Assembly: GCF_021378375.1 (NCBI RefSeq) | Contig: NZ_CP076228.1 | Location: forward strand, 870,001 to 902,000 | Direction: 5' to 3' | Length of the DNA stretch: 32,000 nucleotides | From: Wolbachia endosymbiont of Drosophila innubila | Lineage (GTDB): Bacteria; Pseudomonadota; Alphaproteobacteria; Rickettsiales; Anaplasmataceae | Part shown: piece by piece, positions 26,312 through 32,000 of the stretch | Position numbering within the stretch: position 1 is the stretch's first letter | Layout of the letters: each line of letters opens with the position of its first letter | The notes under the pieces: model-generated | What the model saw: the letters and a program-made list of their open reading frames with translations, nothing else | The model's database searches: none | Told to the model about the DNA's origin: nothing | Made by a program: the position numbers and the translations under genes

Positions 26312-27070
26312 TCAGTCAGCTATAGAAGAAAATTCGTCTGCACAAGAATTTTTCATAGTATTCAAAGTATCATAATCTGTAAAATCTAATTTTACCGGTG
26401 TAATAGTAATAAATCCTTCTTTTATTTTATTTATACTACCACTGCCTGAGTGCTCTCGAGACCAATTTAAGCTAAAAGAGCCATTCGAATTTTCAGTAAA
26501 AGTTAAATCCCCATCAATGTTATATTCACCTTGTTCAGCAAATTCTACTCCTTTTACTTTTTCCGTAGCAGGAAAATTTACACTCATCACTATGTTTTTA
26601 GGCCAACCAACCTTAACTAGCTTGGCAATAACCTTTGGTGCAAAAACCTTTGTATTGTGCCAGTCTATTTTATCATGATAAACTTGGCTCAGCGCAATAG
26701 AAGGTATAGACCTTGCAGCACCTTCCATTACAGCACCAATTGTTCCTGAATAACAAATATCGTCCCCGACATTTGATCCAATATTTACTCCGGACAATAT
26801 TAAGTCTGGTTTTTTATTCATAACTTTATTTAGCGCAATAATGACACAATCTGCAGGAGTACCAGACACACTAAATTCCCTTTCACTATGTTGTTTTATT
26901 CCAATAGATTGTTTCACTGGATAATCAAGAGATCTTGCAGCTCCGCTTCTATCAGTATCTGGTGCCACTATCCATATTTCTGACGCAAAATTCCGTGCAA
27001 CCTCTTTGAGTAATTTTATTCCTTCACCTCCAAAGCCATCATCGTTTGTTATCAATATTATCATATACAA
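26312..27070 (-). CDS. surE: 5'/3'-nucleotidase SurE
   Basis: ILITNDDGF.., SGVNIGSNVGDDICYSGTIGAVMEG. The start could be the third codon (ATG 27064). Confidence 0.92.
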   Translation of the reverse strand: MYMIILITNDDGFGGEGIKLLKEVARNFASEIWIVAPDTDRSGAARSLDYPVKQSIGIKQHSEREFSVSGTPADCVIIALNKVMNKKPDLILSGVNIGSNVGDDICYSGTIGAVMEGAARSIPSIALSQVYHDKIDWHNTKVFAPKVIAKLVKVGWPKNIVMSVNFPATEKVKGVEFAEQGEYNIDGDLTFTENSNGSFSLNWSREHSGSGSINKIKEGFITITPVKLDFTDYDTLNTMKNSCADEFSSIAD

Positions 27071-27540
27071 TACTCAGCTATACAGCTCCAAATTATGTAA
27101 ACCACTGGCTGTAAATAAACTCATGAGGCTTTAAGTTTCTTTGCATAACTGTGGACTGTAACAAAGAACCTGCTGTAAATCAATAGATTTCTTGCACAGG
27201 CCATAACTGTCATTACAATAGAAACGAAAAAACTTACTTGACAAACTCCGCCAGCCCCCTTATCATGAAACTGAAGCTATTTATTTATCTTCTCTGTACA
27301 GATTAAATGACAAAAAAACTCACGTATCTGGCGTCTCATGTTTAATTTTTTGCACTATGTGCACCTTATGTCTTTATCAAACTTCTACCTACATAAGCTG
27401 AAACGCGCTTATAAAGCGTTTAAAACATAAAAAAAACGCCAACTTAAAAAATGGATAGTGAATAACTAGCTACCCTAGGGTTTCTTTTGCCTTTTTTTCT
27501 GTTTAGTAAATTTCTTAAATATTTATAGCTAAACGACAAC

Positions 27541-27983
27541 CGTCATCCCGCTGCTTGTTAGCGGGATCTAGAGATACCGCGAATGAATCGCGGTATGACG
27601 TAGGACTGCTGTTATTCCAGTCTGGAATCCAAAAAAAAGGATGATGTCATCCCAGTGCCCTGACTACTTGGATCCAGTTTTCTTTACAAATTCACAAAAA
27701 GTGCTTCATTCTATAACGCAAAACCCATACTCACCAAACCCAATGCATTACTTGCAATTAAGTTTCCTGGATCCAAGTAGTCAGGGCACTAGGATGACAA
27801 GAGAAAGAGGCTACTGGGATGACAGCTACCCTGACAATCGTCATCCCACTACGTGTTAGCGGGATCTAGAGATACCACGGCGGTATGACGGTTCGCAGCG
27901 GTATAGTAACTCGTCATCCCGCTGCTTGTTAGCGGGATCTCTTGTTAGCGGATGAGATACCGCGAATGAATCGCGGTATGACG
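27541..27983. repeat. Composite repeat array: three copies of the 60-nt double-hairpin module flanking a 159-bp TIR-bounded MITE-like unit
   Basis: Module copies lie at 27541..27600, 27839..27890 and 27912..27983 (the last with an internal 16-nt duplication). A GTTATTCCAGTCTGGAATCC hairpin is at 27611..27630. 35-nt inverted repeats 27643..27677 and 27767..27801 (GATGTCATCCCAGTGCCCTGACTACTTGGATCCAG) differ at ~3 positions. Confidence 0.85.
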
Positions 27984-28131
27984 TGTTGCTTGGATCAGCT
28001 ATAGTATTTCTTAAAATTAATAATAAATTTCTTGGCTAGCAAGAAGCTGTAAATTTTTTTGCGAGACCTAAGCCGCTTTTGATATAGCTAAAGGTTTACT
28101 GATGATTTGTCTCATTCCACTACCTGCTGAC

Positions 28132-29475
28132 TTACTTTCTGCTTAGCATATCCATCAAATCAGATTCTTTGAGTTTACTATGGTCAACTTTACTGAACTT
28201 ATTTACCATAGAGCTCATTTGATTATACTGCTTAATTAGAAGATTAATGTCAGTTACAGTTGTTCCGGACCCCTTAGAAATTCTAAGTCTTCTTTTGCCA
28301 TTTAAAATATCTGGATTTTGCCTTTCTTTTTCAGTCATTGAGTTTATGATGGCTATATATTTTTTCACTTTATTGTCATCTGGCACACTGCTACTTAGCT
28401 TTTTTGTAAATGAACTAGGAATGAATTTCATTATGTTGCTAATGCCATCCATTTTACTCAGAGTTTTTAACATTCCCACTAGGTCGTTTAGGTCGAATTT
28501 ACCTTTTTTCACTTTCTTTTGTAACTTATCAATTTCTTCCTGACCAACAATCTCAGCAGCTTTTTCAACCAATGAGACAACATCACCCATGCTAAGTATC
28601 CTTTTTGCAATTCTATCGGGATAAAAATCATCGAGGTCACTTAATTTTTCACCACAAGCAATAAATTTAATTGGACAATCGGCGATCATTTTCATAGAAA
28701 GAGCAGCACCACCACGTGCATCACCATCAACACGGGTGAGAATAATGCCGGTTACACCTATTACCTCATTGAATGATTTGGCAATGTTGACCGCATCCTG
28801 GCCTATCATTGCGTCGGCTACTAAAATAACTTCTGCAGGTGAAGCTATTTCCTTTACGGCTTTCAACTCATTCATCATATTATTGTCAATATGAAGCCTG
28901 CCTGCAGTGTCTAGTATTAATACATCATAATTATCGTTCTTTGCTATTGCTATTGCCCTTTTTGTAATTGTAATGGGCTTCTCATCTATTACTACAGGTA
29001 AAGTTTGCACATCTATTTGTTTACCTAGCACTTCAAGTTGTTTCTGGGCAGCAGGCCTATAAATGTCTAAAGAGGCAAGCATCACTTTTTTCTTTTGCTT
29101 TTTTAGTTTTAAAGCAAGCTTTCCTGAGGTAGTTGTTTTACCTGCACCTTGTAAGCCCACCATCATAATCACAGCAGGGGGTTTAACTGCTAGATTTAAG
29201 TCACTTTTCTCTGATCCGAGAACTGCAACTAAATTATCCTGTACAATTTTAATTATCATTTGTGCTGGAGAAACACTTTTTATGACTTTTTCCCCAATCA
29301 CTTTATCTTTAATGTCGTTGATGAATTTTTTTGCAACTTCAAGTGAAACGTCAGCTTCAATTAAGGCTATGCGTATTTCACGCATGGCAAGATTAAAATC
29401 ATCTTCAGAAATGATTGACTTTCCTCTCAGTTTACTAAATACAGAATTTAAACTTTCAGTTAACGATTTAAACAT
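28132..29475 (-). CDS. ffh: Signal recognition particle protein Ffh
   Basis: GLQGAGKTTT, DTAGRL, LTRVDGDARGG, and a Met-rich M domain. 16-nt overlap with the upstream gene end. Confidence 0.96.
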   Translation of the reverse strand: MFKSLTESLNSVFSKLRGKSIISEDDFNLAMREIRIALIEADVSLEVAKKFINDIKDKVIGEKVIKSVSPAQMIIKIVQDNLVAVLGSEKSDLNLAVKPPAVIMMVGLQGAGKTTTSGKLALKLKKQKKKVMLASLDIYRPAAQKQLEVLGKQIDVQTLPVVIDEKPITITKRAIAIAKNDNYDVLILDTAGRLHIDNNMMNELKAVKEIASPAEVILVADAMIGQDAVNIAKSFNEVIGVTGIILTRVDGDARGGAALSMKMIADCPIKFIACGEKLSDLDDFYPDRIAKRILSMGDVVSLVEKAAEIVGQEEIDKLQKKVKKGKFDLNDLVGMLKTLSKMDGISNIMKFIPSSFTKKLSSSVPDDNKVKKYIAIINSMTEKERQNPDILNGKRRLRISKGSGTTVTDINLLIKQYNQMSSMVNKFSKVDHSKLKESDLMDMLSRK

Positions 29476-31034
29476 AATAGCATTAGTAGAATACTCATTA
29501 AAAAGAGAGAAGAAGCTGAAACAAAACTCACTGAGTTATAACTCAGCACTTCTTTAAGTTTAGTAATATTATTAAAGTATAAACCAACAAGTGGATTAGT
29601 CAAGTTTTGCACTACGCTGGCAAACATTTCTCTAGTTTTAGAGACTAACTGATTGAACAGCAAGATAATATAGGGTATGAAAGCTCTAAAAATCCAATCA
29701 ACATCCATTTTAAAATTTACTCTCGGGTAAAATAACTTGCGTAAAGGAATAAACAATAAAGTGGTACATAGTAATAAATTAAATTGCGACCAAATATTTT
29801 TTGTGTTGTACACAAAATCGAAAATCGAAGGTTTATTGTAAATAGGTAAGTAAGGATTGCCAGCGATTACGCATATAAATGCTAAAATAATCATAGTCAT
29901 TTTGCTTCCTCTCTCTGCTAAAGGTTTTGACTTACTTTTTGCAATAAATAAGTAATAAAGAAACTTTAGCCCCACGCTTAAATGAAGCAGCAAATTTAGA
30001 AGCTTATATAAATTTTTATACCCTTTTAAGGCAACAGTGTTCATTTCAATTTCAGCTGTGATATATGATTTACTGATAAATCCAACGGTTCCAGGAAATG
30101 CAGCCATTGTAAGTATTGCGATTATAGCACACATGCCTTCCACTGACATCAGTTTACCCACTCCATTAAAACTAATTGTTTTTGTTTGTGAAATAATCGA
30201 ATTACTGACCACAAACAATAATGATTGATAAACAAGAGAGAAGATTATATGCAGTATCAAAATTGGTATTGCTTTTTCCGAAGGACTGAGCAAACTTCCT
30301 GCAATAATCAGCAAGCCCATTTGTCCTACAACGTTATAGCATAAAAATCTGCGAATATTTTGCTCAAGAGAAGCAAATATAATGCTGTAAATTGCAGTGA
30401 TGGCGCCTACAAGCGCTAATATTTCAGTACAATCTTGCCATAGGTTATAAGTGTGTAAAAGCATCACTAAAAAAGAGACTTTAGTGGTAAATAAAGAGAG
30501 ATATGTGGTGCCATGTAGCGATGCAGCAGGATATGCATCAACAACCCAAAATGAAAAAGGAAAACAAGCGCAGTTTATCAATAAACCCAAAATTATCAGG
30601 TTAGTGCTTTGAAGTGCCAATCCTGCTATTAATATAACTCCAACGAAAAAGTGTACACAAGCGTACCTTATTGCAGGTCCACTATCTCTACAGCTAGCTG
30701 CGATAATAAAAAATGCACTGATGGTCATTAATTCACAGAATATTATAACCAATATCATATGTTCAGATAAAACTGCATAAAGTGAACTAATAGTGTAAGC
30801 AGCAAAAGATAGCATCTCTGAAAAAGTCAAATTTTGTGCTGGTAGAACAGCTAAAAATGCAACTGATAAAAAAGATATTAGTATGGTACGAAAAGATAAA
30901 TCAAAATCTAGAATTGGGAGAGACCAATTTACTGCAATGCTCAAATTTTCAGGTAATTTTAGGACTATAACTATTAATACAGTCAGTAGAAGTAACAGTG
31001 ACGATTTATAAAGTTGCACAATAATTAAAACCAA
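29460..31034 (-). CDS. Proton-conducting transporter membrane subunit (MrpD/NuoL-M-N antiporter-like family)
   Basis: 524-aa protein with >=12 TM. The block WVVDAYPAASLHGTTYLSLFTTKVSFLVML resembles the conserved W-x-x-D/A-x-x-x-A-P-x-x-S-x-L-H..K-x-G region of Mrp/Nuo antiporter-like subunits but is divergent. TTG start. Confidence 0.6.
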   Translation of the reverse strand: MVLIIVQLYKSSLLLLLTVLIVIVLKLPENLSIAVNWSLPILDFDLSFRTILISFLSVAFLAVLPAQNLTFSEMLSFAAYTISSLYAVLSEHMILVIIFCELMTISAFFIIAASCRDSGPAIRYACVHFFVGVILIAGLALQSTNLIILGLLINCACFPFSFWVVDAYPAASLHGTTYLSLFTTKVSFLVMLLHTYNLWQDCTEILALVGAITAIYSIIFASLEQNIRRFLCYNVVGQMGLLIIAGSLLSPSEKAIPILILHIIFSLVYQSLLFVVSNSIISQTKTISFNGVGKLMSVEGMCAIIAILTMAAFPGTVGFISKSYITAEIEMNTVALKGYKNLYKLLNLLLHLSVGLKFLYYLFIAKSKSKPLAERGSKMTMIILAFICVIAGNPYLPIYNKPSIFDFVYNTKNIWSQFNLLLCTTLLFIPLRKLFYPRVNFKMDVDWIFRAFIPYIILLFNQLVSKTREMFASVVQNLTNPLVGLYFNNITKLKEVLSYNSVSFVSASSLFLMSILLMLLCLNR

Positions 31035-31142
31035 TATGGTTTATGCTATCTCAATATATGAATAAAATCAATTTGCATATTAACCACTAATTAAACTAAT
31101 TATCATATAATTATATCAGAGTTTAGAGGGTTATAGAGAAAC

Positions 31143-31175
31143 CGGTCAGATTAGGTTTTTAATCTAATCTGACCG
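31143..31175 (-). terminator. Perfect 12-bp stem hairpin, candidate intrinsic terminator of the upstream minus-strand gene
   Basis: CGGTCAGATTAG - GTTTTTAAT - CTAATCTGACCG. On the minus strand it is followed by GTTTCTCT. A second imperfect hairpin (CTCGTGCA..TGCACGAG) lies at 31232..31265. Confidence 0.4.
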
Positions 31176-31322
31176 ACAGCTTTAATAGTGAGGTAAGCTT
31201 TAATATAGCACTCCTAATTCATAACGCTACACTCGTGCATAATTTATTTTTAATTTGTGCACGAGCGTTAGTAAATTATTTACTTTTTGAAATAAAATTT
31301 GGCATCACTTTAATATTGAGAC

Positions 31323-32000
31323 TTAGTAAACCTCAGTAGGTCTGCCAGTTGGGCCCATAAGAATTATTTGCTCGCCTTCTCTTAAGTGTCTGCATAAATT
31401 AGTGGAGCCGCCGATTTCCAGCACAATAGTGGAAATAATTCCTTTTTTTTTGTCTACTTCAGTGCCGGTTACGGCTATACCTTCCATAGCAAGGTTTGTA
31501 TTATTGGCTTTTCTGCCATTGGTTTCAAAATTTTGCAATCTAAAGAATTGCCCAGGCTTAAAATTCTTTGCCGCAAGTGGTGCTTTGATCACTATTTCCA
31601 CAACTTTGTCTGTTAAATATTGAACTTTTATAACCTTTGCAGTGAATTGCTCTTTGATTCTATTAAATAATTCTTTATTAGCCAAGTCTTCAACACTTGA
31701 CCACGCATTTTTTTTCTGGCCCACAACATCACACACTGGAATGACAGAAACGAAGCTATTAACTCCACTCAAAAGCTGAGAAATAATAGGGTAGCCGTTT
31801 TTAGCACTTGCCATAGCTTTCACGACGCTGCCACTATACGAAGGGTGAAGATCACCAAAAAAGCTGATTGTTTTATTGCCTTGCTTATACACTAATATTC
31901 TATCTTTATTTTGCATTTTAGGAGAAAATATTGGGTCTATTTCTTTTCCTGATGAATTCAAATGAGTAAAATACCCATTACTTAATTTAAAATGCTTTTT
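31323..32000 (-). CDS. C-terminal part of a GltD/SudA-like FAD-dependent oxidoreductase fused to an FNR/PyrK-type FAD-binding barrel; 5' end beyond the window
   Basis: The frame stays open from 31961 to base 32000, so the TTG at 31961 is not the real start. FFGDLHPSYSGSVVKAMASAKNG resembles the C-terminal GD motif of GltD-type flavoenzymes. NFKPGQFFRLQ...LMGPTGRP resembles the FNR-type barrel and the start of the NAD-binding motif, after which the ORF ends. Confidence 0.5.
   Translation of the reverse strand, partial: KKHFKLSNGYFTHLNSSGKEIDPIFSPKMQNKDRILVYKQGNKTISFFGDLHPSYSGSVVKAMASAKNGYPIISQLLSGVNSFVSVIPVCDVVGQKKNAWSSVEDLANKELFNRIKEQFTAKVIKVQYLTDKVVEIVIKAPLAAKNFKPGQFFRLQNFETNGRKANNTNLAMEGIAVTGTEVDKKKGIISTIVLEIGGSTNLCRHLREGEQIILMGPTGRPTEVY

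Noticed and set aside
27641-27859. 72-aa ORF on the plus strand
   Set aside because: It lies wholly within the MITE-like unit and module copies, so it is a repeat-derived reading frame and not a gene.
5089-27983. Possibility that the recurring palindromes form a CRISPR array
   Set aside because: There is no regular repeat-spacer periodicity. The copies are dispersed over 23 kb, differ in orientation and composition, and no cas genes are present.
31736-31747. Half palindrome CACTGGAATGAC inside the oxidoreductase CDS as another in-frame repeat insertion
   Set aside because: Only one half-site matches and the partner arm is ~50% diverged. I cannot distinguish an ancient insertion from chance, so it is mentioned only as a note.
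1-32000. Search for a novel multi-gene system (defence island, toxin-antitoxin pair, secretion/effector cluster, prophage WO, cif genes)
   Set aside because: Every sizeable ORF is accounted for by a housekeeping family or a repeat artefact. The RatA-like gene has no partner antitoxin, and there are no ankyrin, phage, nuclease or helicase-type accessory genes. Claiming a new system would not be supported by the sequence.

Overview
AT-rich chromosomal segment from a Rickettsiales endosymbiont, clearly Wolbachia: the wsp surface-protein gene lies at 14843..15556, and from memory the gene order resembles wMel-type supergroup A genomes. About 30 mostly housekeeping CDS are present. Left to right they are two tandem AGCS symporters, psd-pssA, recA, a J-like membrane protein, mlaC-folC, a COQ10/RatA-like protein, dsbA (CYHC) and a frameshifted O-methyltransferase. 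Next come a GST, ffs (4.5S SRP RNA, absent from the ORF track)-dnaX-ybaB, wsp, rpoH, an IalB-like protein, dnaN, truA and an IS630 remnant. The window ends with petB-petC, amiD flanked by two J-domain copies, nfu-hisS, surE, ffh, an Mrp/Nuo-type antiporter-like subunit and the 3' part of a GltD/FNR-like oxidoreductase. I found no tRNA, rRNA, CRISPR, prophage WO, cif, ankyrin or defence-island genes, and I cannot support any new multi-gene system here. The unusual content is a modular family of hairpin/palindrome repeats at ten or more sites. It includes an in-frame 120-bp tandem insertion inside dnaX that carries an in-phase A AAA AAA slippery heptamer with a -1 frame stop 4 codons later, suggesting a gamma/tau-like arrangement. 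It also includes a ~370-bp stop-free repeat cluster between petB and petC that stays in frame with petC. Other points are an A9 frameshift in the O-methyltransferase, a GST with no canonical start codon, and a Pam18/Tim14-like membrane J-protein whose J-domain is duplicated on both sides of amiD with a gene-conversion-like 77-nt near-identical core. All similarity statements are by-eye motif recognition; no database search was run.
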